Source: Candidatus Kerfeldbacteria bacterium
Lineage (GTDB): Bacteria > Patescibacteriota > Patescibacteriia > SBBC01
DNA: 64,000 bases
Direction of reading: 5' to 3'
Assembly (NCBI GenBank): GCA_016207275.1
Contig: JACQPY010000009.1
Location: forward strand, 27,637 to 91,636
Positions 1 to 9,800 of the stretch are shown here, piece by piece. The translations under genes and the position numbers were made by a program. Within the stretch, counting starts at the first letter, position 1. Each line of letters begins with the position of its first letter. The notes under the pieces were generated by a model that saw only the letters and a list, made by a program, of their open reading frames with translations, made no database searches and was not told the DNA's origin.

Positions 1-111
1 AGATAAATCCCTCGCAAAGGTCAGTATACTACAATCACAGATATTGAGCGCGAAACTCTTTGATTTATTGATTTTTCGATCAATATATTTCAAGTCCGGC
101 TTTCTTCCAAA

Positions 112-1110
112 CTATTGCTGCCAAATCCAATACTCATTCAGCGCGTCTTCTTGTATTTTGTGTGTGTTGCCGTGACTGAGTAAACCGAGGTATGACTGCA
201 ATGTTTCGGCGGTGGAATGTTCTTTGATTCGCCGAATCATCCGATGCTTGGTTGTAGTTCGTAAGGTTCGATGATACGGATAGTGTTGCCAGCCGAGAAA
301 GTCAACGCCGGAAGCTAGTGTTTTGATGTGAATCTTATCCGGATGTAGTAGCAAAGCAAGCTTGTCGTTCAAGAATTGTTCAATCAGGGGGATTTGATCT
401 TTTAGCCATGCGCGGTCGTTAGAAAGGAAAACAAAATCATCAGCGTATCGGATATAGTATTTTGCTTTCAATCGGTGCTTCACAAATTGGTCAAACTCGT
501 TCATATAGATATTTACAAGTAGCTGTGACGTGAGGTTACCAAGTGGCAAGCCTTTCCCTAGCTGAGTATGAAAACTGGCAATGATGTTTTCCAATAACGC
601 TAGAATGTCTTTATCAGGAATGTACTGACGCAGTATCCCATTCAAGATGTTCTGGTCGATGTTAGCAAAAAACTTTCGGATGTCGCATTGCAATACCCAA
701 CATGTACGAGTGTTATTTTTGCCAACGCTTCCTGCCATACTCTTGAAGCGCTGTAGTGCTTTATGTCCTCCTTTGTTTACACGACACGAATAGGAGTCAG
801 CGATAAATGTTCGATCAAAGAATGGGTAAAGTTTCCGGTACACTGCGTGGTGGAGCAATCGGTCTTGAACGCTGGCTTTGTGAATATGCCGTGGCTTGGG
901 ATCGGTTATGTAAAAACTTTCGTATCCACTGTGTCGATAGGTCCGATTGGCAAGATCATCGTGAAGCTGTAAAATACTATCCATCAGATGGAGGCTGAAG
1001 GCTTGGACATCTGTGGCTTGTCGTTTACCTCGAAGAAACTCTTTCCACGCCGTCAGTAGATTCTCAGCCGAGATAATATCGTCGTATTTGAGTGGTAATT
1101 CGGCTTTCAT
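112..1110 (-). CDS. DGR reverse transcriptase
   Basis: YIRYADDF catalytic motif; GLPLGNLTSQ (DGR-type SQ); compact 332 aa with no HNH domain; next to Avd and a TR/VR pair. Confidence 0.95.
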   Translation of the reverse strand: MKAELPLKYDDIISAENLLTAWKEFLRGKRQATDVQAFSLHLMDSILQLHDDLANRTYRHSGYESFYITDPKPRHIHKASVQDRLLHHAVYRKLYPFFDRTFIADSYSCRVNKGGHKALQRFKSMAGSVGKNNTRTCWVLQCDIRKFFANIDQNILNGILRQYIPDKDILALLENIIASFHTQLGKGLPLGNLTSQLLVNIYMNEFDQFVKHRLKAKYYIRYADDFVFLSNDRAWLKDQIPLIEQFLNDKLALLLHPDKIHIKTLASGVDFLGWQHYPYHRTLRTTTKHRMIRRIKEHSTAETLQSYLGLLSHGNTHKIQEDALNEYWIWQQ

Positions 1111-1494
1111 ATGGCTTATAAACCGCCCCCCCAGCTTTGGAGCAACTTACCAATTCTACAGAAAGCATCCGACGCCTACAAAATCTGGCACGGCATGCTC
1201 CAAGAGTTTCCCCGTCTTGATCGGTTTACGGTCGGCGCTAAGGTCGATAGTTTGTTCGGGGAAGTATTAGAGTATATTCTGCTGGCTGGGTATTCGCAGA
1301 AGCCGCATAAATTACCACTCGTACAGCGTGCTACAACCAAACTGGATGCTGTGAAGTTCTTTTTGAATATCGCTTGGGAAATCAAGTCACTTGATAACAA
1401 AAAATATATTCGTTTATCCACGCCTCTGACCGAAATTGGAAAAATGCTGGGTGGCTGGCGCAAACAGCTTCAAAACGAAACTCCCTCGGAATAA
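1111..1494 (+). CDS. avd: DGR accessory variability determinant (bAvd four-helix bundle)
   Basis: LPILQK..Y, FP...RFT.G and EIGKMLGGW motifs; lies between TR and RT, on the opposite strand. Confidence 0.9.
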   Translation: MAYKPPPQLWSNLPILQKASDAYKIWHGMLQEFPRLDRFTVGAKVDSLFGEVLEYILLAGYSQKPHKLPLVQRATTKLDAVKFFLNIAWEIKSLDNKKYIRLSTPLTEIGKMLGGWRKQLQNETPSE

Positions 1495-1525
1495 ACCGAG
1501 GGAGCCTGCCTGCCGCTAGGCAGGC
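1481..1525. other. Two hairpins in the spacer 3' of TR (also at the avd stop)
   Basis: CTCCCTCGG-aataaa-CCGAGGGAG (1481-1504) and GCCTGCCT-gccgct-AGGCAGGC. Confidence 0.6.
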
Positions 1526-1535
1526 GTGAGAAGAA

Positions 1536-1662
1536 TTGCAGACGGCCACGAAGCGGCAGTTCCGATTCCACTGATTGTCAGTCCAGTTCCAGTTCAGCTT
1601 CACGCCGTTCTCATTGCCGTTGACGTACGCGCGGTTCAGGTTACCTTTGCGCTGCACGGCGG
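1536..1662 (-). repeat. DGR template repeat (TR)
   Basis: 127-bp ungapped match to 2035-2161; ten AAY codons on the minus strand. Confidence 0.95.
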
Positions 1663-1898
1663 CCGCCAGATTGTACAGCTTATCGTCCGTATCACTGCCC
1701 ATTGAATACTCTCCGGGCTGTATTTTATTCGGGAGCCTTTACTCCGCTGATAGACTGCACCAAGTATCCTCTTCTTTCGAGGGCGCGAGGGACGCGCTGT
1801 CTACAGCCGTAGCCATAAACATTCCGGTCATCTCAGCGTACTAGATTTCAACCGCCCACAGCCTTGACCGTGAGCCGTATCGTTTACTATCCGAATGT

Positions 1899-1904
1899 AG
1901 TATA
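1899..1904 (-). promoter_or_regulatory. Candidate -10 box (TATACT) for the TR transcript
   Basis: agtata on the + strand, ~240 nt upstream of TR. Confidence 0.35.
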
Positions 1905-1927
1905 GAAAAGTTTTGGAAAATAATGAA

Positions 1928-2010
1928 GGCCCTGCTCATCCCCTTCGCCGAAGCGTTAGAGATGAGACAGGGCCCGTGGCTGCAAGGATCAAAGGGAATA
2001 CAGAGTTCCC
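1928..2010 (-). other. Hairpins downstream of VR (candidate target-recognition hairpin or terminator)
   Basis: GGGAA-tacagag-TTCCC (1994-2010) and GGCCCTG-CTCATC...GATGAGACAGGGCC (1928-1974). Confidence 0.55.
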
Positions 2011-2030
2011 AGTGCCCGAGAGCCGAAGCG

Positions 2031-2630
2031 CTACTTGCAGACGGCCACGAAGCGGCAGTACCGACCCCACTGAAAGTCAGTCCAGTCCCAGTACAGCTTC
2101 ACGCCGACCTCATCGCCGAAGACGTACGCGCGGTCCAGGCCCCCTCCGCGCTGCACGGCGGGTCCGATGAGACCGATGACCGGATGCTCCCGAATCTGCT
2201 CGGAGGTATGCCGACGAATGACGGTCTCGGACTCGGCCCGATCCGGCTGGCGGCAGTTGAGCTGCGCCATCCTGTCGAGCACTTCCTGATCGAGCGGATC
2301 GTGGTCGAACTCCAACAGGCGGAACCTGACCGGCTTCGTCCCCTTCTCCGTGATCGGATAGTCCTTGACCTTCACGTCGCCGACGTAGGCGTAGCGGTCG
2401 CGGTCGATGGTGCTCCATTGAGGATCGTCGTAGTTGACGGTCATCTCGAAGGCATCGCCGACCAGTCCCGGAACACCGAACACGCCTTCGATGATCTGCT
2501 GAAGCGCGCGGGCAGTGGTATCCGGATCGAGCGGGCTACCCGATTCCTGTTCGAGCTGACGCTTGATTTCCGCCATTCGCCGGTCGATCACATCCTTCTG
2601 CTCGCTGGTGACAACGAACTTCGTCGCCAT
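2031..2630 (-). CDS. DGR target protein, 199 aa, C-terminal variable region
   Basis: AGGAGG SD before ATG 2630; C-terminus matches TR and ends in CRFVAVCK. Confidence 0.9.
   Translation of the reverse strand: MATKFVVTSEQKDVIDRRMAEIKRQLEQESGSPLDPDTTARALQQIIEGVFGVPGLVGDAFEMTVNYDDPQWSTIDRDRYAYVGDVKVKDYPITEKGTKPVRFRLLEFDHDPLDQEVLDRMAQLNCRQPDRAESETVIRRHTSEQIREHPVIGLIGPAVQRGGGLDRAYVFGDEVGVKLYWDWTDFQWGRYCRFVAVCK
2035..2161 (-). repeat. DGR variable repeat (VR)
   Basis: 18 mismatches to TR, 17 at TR adenines (minus strand); 11 codons changed. Confidence 0.95.
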
Positions 2631-3137
2631 TCCAAGCCTCCTGTCATAGAATACGTTTACCGCCACGACGTAAGTGTCGCAACAGCACGCATCCGCACGG
2701 CCGTATCTAGCCGTAGCGCTTAGACCAGGTTATTTCACTGATCTAGGCGCTACGGCCATATGTCTGCAAGGTTATCAACGAACGAAAGAGAATATCATGC
2801 CTACCTCAAAAAGTCAAGGCTTGACCGACTAACCTCGCAGTTACTTCATAATAAACGCAACCTATCACAATCAGACTACGGGTTGCAACTTTACCCTACG
2901 GTGCGTATCACTTAGCTTTTGAGAGGGGCAGCATCGAAGTCAAAAAGAAGATTTTTTCCGACTTAGGTTCGAACTTTATCCTACAGGACGGAAAGCTCAA
3001 TGTTTCCGTGGACATTCTGCTTTTTGCCATCAAGAACCTCTATAAAGGTGTTCAACAGAATCCGACAATGTTAGAACCAACAAAAACTCCCGTGAACAGC
3101 ACACGATCCGCCTCTTTTGAAGACGGATCACGTACTC

Positions 3138-3322
3138 TGCTCCGGGGGCGACCCCGCACTATGACTCCTCGCTTTGCTCGGAGTCAAATGCGGGGCAAGG
3201 ATTCCCCGCACAACAGCCTTTGTTGCACTACGGCTCAATGCGGGGCGGCGAACCCTCGCCCCGAACCCAACGTGGTTCGGGGGACAACCATCGTCTTAAT
3301 CCCGCACCGGAGAGACGATCGA
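3138..3322 (-). pseudogene. Decayed tRNA-like 3' portion interrupted by palindromic inserts
   Basis: Without the CCCCG...CGGGG inserts the + strand reads gctccgggggcga..aggattc..gaaccctcg..acaaccatcgtcttaa..gacgat, resembling an antisense acceptor strand, T-arm and anticodon stem. Confidence 0.5.
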
Positions 3323-3345
3323 GTGACTGTGCTGAAAAAAGTTGG

Positions 3346-3420
3346 TGGCTCCGCGGGTCGGATTCGAACCGACAACCAACCGGTTAACAGCCGGTTGCTC
3401 TACCATTGAGCTACCGCGGA
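3346..3420 (-). tRNA. tRNA-Asn(GTT)
   Basis: Cloverleaf TCCGCGG...CCGCGGA-G-CCA; anticodon loop CTGTTAA. Confidence 0.97.
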
Positions 3421-3446
3421 ATCACCAACTTTTTTCAATTCATTCT

Positions 3447-3565
3447 CGGTGCGGGGCTGTTCTACCGCCCACCGCCGGAGGCGGGGTCCCGCCACAGACG
3501 GTGATGAGCCCTGCCCCGCATCACGCGACCCTGAGCCTGTCGAAGGGGGGCGTTGGTGCGGGGTA
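3447..3565. repeat. Cluster of CCCCGCA...TGCGGGG and CCCTGAGCCTGTCGAAGGG palindromic elements
   Basis: Same termini as elements at 3152, 3204, 12804, 33672 and 34632. Confidence 0.6.
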
Positions 3566-3595
3566 CCCCGGAGCTGCCCGCTCGGTGGCTGAACA

Positions 3596-4807
3596 TTAGT
3601 AATCCCGCAGCTTCTTCATGGCCCGGTGGGCCTGGATTTTCTCGAGCGCCTTGGCCTCAATCTGCCTGATCCGCTCCCGTGTGACGCCGAACTCCTGTCC
3701 GACTTCCTCGAGGGTGTGGGCAATACCGTCGTGGAGACCGAAGCGCATTTCCAGAATCTTCTGTTCGCGCGGACTGAGCTCACGAATAATCTCCTGGACC
3801 TGCTCGCGCAGCAGCTGCATGGCCGCCGCCCGATCCGGCGTAGTCGTCTTGACGTCTTCAATAAAGTCGCCCAGAACCGAGTCCTCTTCATCGGAATCGC
3901 CAACGCTGGTTTCCAGCGAGACCGTATCCTGGCTGATCTTGATAATCTGTCGAATCTTCTCCACATCCTCGCCCATTTCCGCGGCGATCTCCTCGGGCAG
4001 CGGTTCGCGGCCGAGGTCCTGGATCAACTGGCGCTCGACCTGCTGAAATTTGTTGATGGTTTCCACCATGTGGACGGGAATGCGGATGGTTCGGCTCTGG
4101 TCAGCGAGGGCGCGCGTAATGGCCTGCCGAATCCACCAGGTGGCGTAGGTCGAAAACTTATAGCCCTTCCGGTAGTCGAACTTCTCGACCGCCCGGAACA
4201 GTCCAATGTTGCCCTCCTGGATCAAATCGAGCAGCGACAGCGATCGGCCGGTAAACTTCTTGGCGATCGAGACGACCAATCGGAGGTTGGCTTCAACCAG
4301 CTTCTTCTGGGCTTCCACCTCGCCCCGGTCCTTGCGCTTGGCCAGCGAGACTTCTTCCTCAGTTTTGAGCAGCGGCACCTTGCCGATCTCCCGCAGGTAC
4401 ATCTGGATCGAATCGTTCGAAATGTCGCCGAGGTCGAAGTGGTGTTCCTCTCGCTTCTTTTTGCCCTTCTCGTCCTTCGGCGCCTCGCTCAATTGCTGCA
4501 GATGGAGATCAAGGACGCTGCCGCCGGTTTCCACAATCTTGACGCCGTCCTGCTCAAACCGATCGAGCAATTGCTCGTAGGTCTCGAGGTACTCCTCGAG
4601 ATCGGGTAGAGCGTAGAGCAGCTCGGTTTCGGTCACGAAACCGCGCGACCGACCCTTACTAATCAGTTCGTTAACCGCTTCTTGCGGCACCGCCGACTTC
4701 GATTTTTGGACGCGCGGCAAATGTGACCGCGCCTTAGCCTTTGACGCGGACTTCGGCTTAGCGGCCGGGACTCTCTTGATCGTCTTTTTGATTGGCTTGC
4801 GAACCAT
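3596..4807 (-). CDS. rpoD: RNA polymerase primary sigma factor
   Basis: [41 protein letters not shown]...[10 protein letters not shown]. Confidence 0.97.
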   Translation of the reverse strand: MVRKPIKKTIKRVPAAKPKSASKAKARSHLPRVQKSKSAVPQEAVNELISKGRSRGFVTETELLYALPDLEEYLETYEQLLDRFEQDGVKIVETGGSVLDLHLQQLSEAPKDEKGKKKREEHHFDLGDISNDSIQMYLREIGKVPLLKTEEEVSLAKRKDRGEVEAQKKLVEANLRLVVSIAKKFTGRSLSLLDLIQEGNIGLFRAVEKFDYRKGYKFSTYATWWIRQAITRALADQSRTIRIPVHMVETINKFQQVERQLIQDLGREPLPEEIAAEMGEDVEKIRQIIKISQDTVSLETSVGDSDEEDSVLGDFIEDVKTTTPDRAAAMQLLREQVQEIIRELSPREQKILEMRFGLHDGIAHTLEEVGQEFGVTRERIRQIEAKALEKIQAHRAMKKLRDY

Positions 4808-4818
4808 CGGTGGGGTAC

Positions 4819-6660
4819 TTATGCCTCGAGGGCGTGGAGTTCATCGGTCAACTGGTTGAGCTGTTTCAGCAGGGCGTCGGCGTGAGCGGTGGCGTGCGCC
4901 GCTTCAGCCTGACGGAGCTCATGTTCAAGGCGTCGGAGTTCATTGACGACGCGCTCGCGCCGGAGCAATCGACTGCCATGGCCAATCTCTTGCCGAAGCC
5001 ATGCGAGGCGAGCGGCATCATCGCCAGCCGACGCTTCACTACTCGAAAAATCCTGCTCGGCCAAGAGCATAACCTTTGCCACGCGGTTCGTGAGCAGTGG
5101 CAGCTCTTTCGCAAGGTACTTGCGGAACCCTTCGTGGTCTAGTTGCTGGACCTCACTATAATACAAAAGGGCCTGTCTGTAAAGGGCCTGCAGCTCTGGA
5201 TCGGGCAGCATGGCCGTATCGATCAGCTCAGTCAGGTAGGAAAACAGCTCCGGCCGTGTGAACAAACCGAGGGCCAGGATCCGTTCGGCTACGACCGTGG
5301 CGCGGTCAGCAAGCGTCAGCGGCGACTCGCCAGTCGACGGTGGCGGTGTCGGTCGCTGCCCTGGCCGCCTTCGCCGGAGGGCATCACGGAGCGCCTGCTC
5401 GTCGACACCGAGGCGAGCGCTCAATTCCTTGAGGTAGTGACTCTGTTCCACCGGGTCGGTCAGACGAGCGACCACCGGTAGGAGCTGCTGCGCAATCCGC
5501 TTCTTCCCGTCGACGTCAGTCGGATCAGCCGCGGCAAAGGCGCGGTTAAACGAGTAATCGACGATTCGTTCGGCGGTGGCGATCGCGTTACGCCACCGGT
5601 TCGGGTCACGACGAATCAGCTCGTCCGGATCTTTGGCGTCCGGCAGCGTAATAATGGTCACGCGCAGGTCAGCGGCCAGGGCCTGGTCAATACCGCGACG
5701 GGCCGCTTCACCGCCGGCCAGGTCAGCATCGAAGGCCAGCGCCAGGTTGTTCGTGTAGCGCTTGAGCATCTTAACCTGAGAGTTGGTCAAAGCTGTTCCC
5801 GAGACCGCCACCACATTGGCAACGCCAGCCTGATGCGAGGTCAAACAATCGAGGTAGCCCTCAACCAAAATGGCCAGGTCGGCTTGCTTGATCGCGCGCT
5901 TGGCGCGGTCGAGACCAAAGAGGACTCGGCTCTTACTGTAGACTAGTGTCTCCGGCGTGTTGATGTACTTGGCCGTTGACCCGACGTCGCCCTCGACCGC
6001 TTCCACAATCCGGCCGCCGAAACCGACCACCGTCCCGTTGACGTCCCGAATCGGGAACATTAATCGGCCGCGGAAACGATCATAGGAACCAATTCCTCGC
6101 TCTCGCTTAACCGTCAGTCCGGCCTCGAATGCTTCTTGTTCGGTAAACCCTTTCTTCAGGACGAACGACAGTAACCCATCCCACGTCGTCGGGCTATACC
6201 CCAAGATAAAATTTTCCGCTGTTTCGTCACTGACCCCGCGCTGACGAAGGTAGGTGCGGGCCGTCTCGGCGGACGCAGCATCGGTTAAGACTTTCCGGTA
6301 GAAGGCGGCGGCTAAACGGACAAGGTCGAGCAGTCGCGTCTTGGCGTCGTGCAGCTGCGGATCGATCGGCCGCAGCTCAATGTTGGCTTTCTTAGCTAAG
6401 AGGCGAAGCGCTTCGGGAAAATCAACGTTCTCGATTTCCTGCACGAACGAGAACATATCGCCGCCTTTGCCGCAGCCGAAGCAATGCCAGGCCTGCCGGT
6501 CTTTCGAAACCATCAAGCTTGGTGTCTTCTCGTTATGGAACGGGCAGAGGACCTTGTAGCGATTGGTGCCGGCCGGCTTCAGCTGGACGTACTCACCAAG
6601 CACCTCGGCAATGTCGAGTCGTTCTTTGATTTCATCAACCGGTGAGAAAGAAATTACCAT
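4819..6660 (-). CDS. dnaG: DNA primase
   Basis: [10 protein letters not shown]...CFGC zinc finger; VEGYLD and FDADLAG TOPRIM motifs. Confidence 0.97.
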   Translation of the reverse strand: MVISFSPVDEIKERLDIAEVLGEYVQLKPAGTNRYKVLCPFHNEKTPSLMVSKDRQAWHCFGCGKGGDMFSFVQEIENVDFPEALRLLAKKANIELRPIDPQLHDAKTRLLDLVRLAAAFYRKVLTDAASAETARTYLRQRGVSDETAENFILGYSPTTWDGLLSFVLKKGFTEQEAFEAGLTVKRERGIGSYDRFRGRLMFPIRDVNGTVVGFGGRIVEAVEGDVGSTAKYINTPETLVYSKSRVLFGLDRAKRAIKQADLAILVEGYLDCLTSHQAGVANVVAVSGTALTNSQVKMLKRYTNNLALAFDADLAGGEAARRGIDQALAADLRVTIITLPDAKDPDELIRRDPNRWRNAIATAERIVDYSFNRAFAAADPTDVDGKKRIAQQLLPVVARLTDPVEQSHYLKELSARLGVDEQALRDALRRRRPGQRPTPPPSTGESPLTLADRATVVAERILALGLFTRPELFSYLTELIDTAMLPDPELQALYRQALLYYSEVQQLDHEGFRKYLAKELPLLTNRVAKVMLLAEQDFSSSEASAGDDAARLAWLRQEIGHGSRLLRRERVVNELRRLEHELRQAEAAHATAHADALLKQLNQLTDELHALEA

Positions 6661-6719
6661 ACAACCCTATGAACAATAATAAACATCACGCACTGGCGAG
6701 ACCTTAAGCTTGCCGAAGG

Positions 6720-6770
6720 GTCGAGTCGCTCTTTGATTTCGTCGACGGGGGATGAGCTGATGGTAGGCAC
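6720..6770 (-). pseudogene. Displaced duplicate of the dnaG 5' end
   Basis: Encodes (V/M)[16 protein letters not shown] versus the live [16 protein letters not shown], with synonymous differences. Confidence 0.85.
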
Positions 6771-6830
6771 ACCTAGACGTTAGTGGTTTCTCAAAAATTA
6801 AGCAACGCTGCCGCCGGACAACCAGAGCCG

Positions 6831-6860
6831 AAAAGTGCCCAGCACGGGCCGGGCACTTTT
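6831..6860 (-). terminator. Intrinsic terminator
   Basis: AAAAGTGCCC...GGGCACTTTT hairpin after the 6878 stop. Confidence 0.7.
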
Positions 6861-6877
6861 AACTATCCAAGGCGTTT

Positions 6878-9800
6878 TTACTCGACCGTCGCCGCCGTCA
6901 CTTCCAGCCCGCTGCCAAATCCCCGTCCGCTGACCGTGAACTGCTTGGACAGCGACAGCTTATCCTGCTTGAAAGTCAGGATCGAGACTTTCGTTCCGGT
7001 TGACGGCACCGCGACGATCTCGCGCCGGCCGTCGCCGTTAAGGTCCGAAGCCAGCAGCGTGGCATTCGTGCCCGATGCCTTTTTCAGCGAATACGAACTC
7101 TTGGCGCGCAACTTGCCGTTCTCATAGCGGTAGACTTTGACCCTCGAGCCATTCTTCTGCGCGACCGTTAACTCAGGCTGACCGTCAGCGTCAAGGTCGC
7201 CAATTGACACGGATCCGGCCGTATCGATCGACTGGTTGTTCGTCGCACCGGTACTCAAGACCCGGACCCGCTTCTTGGCTTGCTCGTACGAGGCCAGGGT
7301 CAGCTTCCCGGTCGTGGGATTGACCACGACGAAGTCGGCTTTACTGTCGCCGGTCACGTCACCCAGCCGGAGGGTCACGCCAGCCGAAACTTTGACGTTG
7401 GTCAGACGCTTGAATGACTTGCCGCTAATGGCCGTCAGGGTGGCAGTTTCGCTCCCGCGCAGCAAGACCTCGTTTGTTCGGCTGCCGGTAACATCGGCGA
7501 TGTGAATTTCTTTAACTCCCTTCGGCAAGATCGACGACGAAGCAGTAGCCACGCGAGCGGCCCGCTTCTGCGTCAGATTAGCGGCATAGGCCACCACCTT
7601 ACCGCTAGCGGGGTTGGCGAAGATCAGCTCTTTCGACTCGCCGCCGGTGACGTTACCGACGCCGACCAGCAGCCCGCCGCTTGAACCGGCTGGCCGCGAA
7701 ATAGTCAGCAGCCGCTGAACCTTACCGCGGCTGTACCCGTAGATCAGCGCACTAGCATTAGTCTTGGCGGTGACGATCAGCTCGGCTTTCTTGTCGCCGT
7801 CAATATCGGCCGCGGTAATTGCGATGGGCTGGCCGCCAAAGGGCGTAAATGAACCGAGCGTTTTTCCGTCGAGGTTCATGACTTTAACCGGCAAGGACTG
7901 TCCGCTGACCGGATAAACGGCCAAGGCCTCAGTCCCGCTGCCAGTGACGTCGGCCGCCACCAGCCGGAACGCACCCGTGACCTGACGGGAAACGTACGGC
8001 TTAAACGATTTTGCCCGCGTCCCGTCGCGGTTGTAGATCGAGACAACCAGAACGCCTTTCTGGAGCGCCAGCGCGGCCAGCTGCTTAGTCGTCAATTCGG
8101 TCAGTTCCGGGGTGACGACCGGTGCCTCGTCAGTCCCGCCACCGCCGCCGTCCTGACCGGGCGCGGCCGGAGTTCCCGGCGTCGTCGTTTTTTTCACCAG
8201 CGGCGTACTGGTAAGCACGAACTTGCTGGAGTGGTTCGTCGTTCCGCAAACCTTGTTCTCGGTGGCGTTGACGGTGCTGGTCTTAACGTCGCGGTACGTG
8301 CCGGCGGTTTCATCGAAGTACTGCATCGTCAGATCCGACTCAGCCAAGCCGTCGGCGGTGATCTCCGTCTCGCTGTAGGGGATGCACACGGTCGCGTCAG
8401 CGACGAACGTTTTAATGGTTTGGCCGGCGTTCTGTCCGCTGGTCTGCCGGACATCGAGGTCATAGCCGTACAAGGTGGCGGGAACCGAGGTGGCGGTGTC
8501 CGGCAGTTCAACCGTTGGCTCGATGGTCACGGAGACGGTGACGTTGTCAGCCGTCAGCGTATTAGCCGGGATGGTCAGGCTCGCCCCGGCTTGGTCGGTC
8601 ATTGACAGCTGCGCGTTGGTGGCCGTGGTCACGCTGATTGCTTCAGGTAACGACGCGGCATCCTCTGTCTTTCCATCGCCCAAGACGATTGTCGGCGCGG
8701 CCGTAGTGCTGCCTTTGGCCACCTCCACCGACATCCCTTCGCGATACCCCTTATTAGACGTATCTGTTTCATCGGCCGCCACCACCGTCCAGGTTTCCCC
8801 GCCGGTGACCTTCAACGCGTACGTGCCCTCGGTGGTCTGCGTTTCGACGTAGCCGCCGTCGCTGGTCGAGGCGGCGACGAACGTGCCGGTGGCCTTCGCT
8901 CCCTCGACCGTCACCGTGCCGGATATCGTGGCGTCAGGTTTGACGAACTTGAGCGTCAGCGCCGCGGGCGAATCAGCCGCCACCGTGGCCACTTCCTTTT
9001 CCGGATTGATGTACCCGAGTCCAGGATCGATTGAGGCGGTGACGAAGTACGTTCCGGCCGGAACCTTCAGCGACACCATCCCGTTTTGGTCAGTCGCCTT
9101 GTTGCGGTTGAACCAGGCACCGTACTGGCTGTAGGAGATGGTTTTGGCCGCGCCGAAGGAGGTATCAATGTTAATCAGGGCGTTGGCCAGGGGCTTGCCG
9201 TCCGGGTCAACCGTCTTGACCGTGATCGTCGAGTCGGCCACCTTCAAAAAGATATCTTGCCGCTTGGTCTCGTTCTCCGCCACGGTCACGTCCTTGTCGC
9301 AGGTCCCCTCAAGGTAGTACTGCGAAGCCGTACTGGGATCAACCCAGCATCCAAGCTTCCAAGTTCCGGCGGCCACCTTGAAGCTGTACCCACCGCTGTC
9401 AATTGATGACCACCGGTAGGCGACGTTCTTCTGGGCAAAGACCGAACCGAAGACGTCGGTAATAATGTCGCCGCTGGCATTCCGAAAGTAGCCGGTAATG
9501 GTGGCGTTGCTGGGAACCAGCGTCAGCTTGACGTCGTTCTTGACGTCGCCGGAACTGACGGTGACGGAAACGCAATCCGCGGTGGTGTAGTCGCCGCTGT
9601 AGCCGAGCGAGGCGCAGAGTTCCCAGGTTCCGGCGGGCACACGAATGGTGAACGAACCGCTGTTGATCGAGCCGCCGACTCCGCCGAAGTAGAAGTTCGA
9701 GGTCGTCGAGCTGGTGGTCGTCTTACTGGCCTGGACCCAGCCGTAAACCGACGAGAGTGTCGTATTGTTCTTATCGACTACTACGCCAGAGACAGTCGCG

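Noticed and set aside
112-1110. RT as a group II intron or retron
   Set aside because: DGR-type SQ motif, Avd and a TR/VR pair are present; no intron domain V or msr/msd was seen
1382-1702. ORF through TR
   Set aside because: An Asn-rich open frame is expected for a TR, and it overlaps avd antisense
1923-2723. 266-aa plus-strand ORF and other long antisense ORFs (e.g. 3626-4609, 24630-25520, 35836-36621)
   Set aside because: Shadow frames of high-GC genes on the opposite strand
3150-3285. CRISPR-like repeat/spacer pattern
   Set aside because: Units are self-contained palindromes of unequal sequence and spacing, and no cas genes are present
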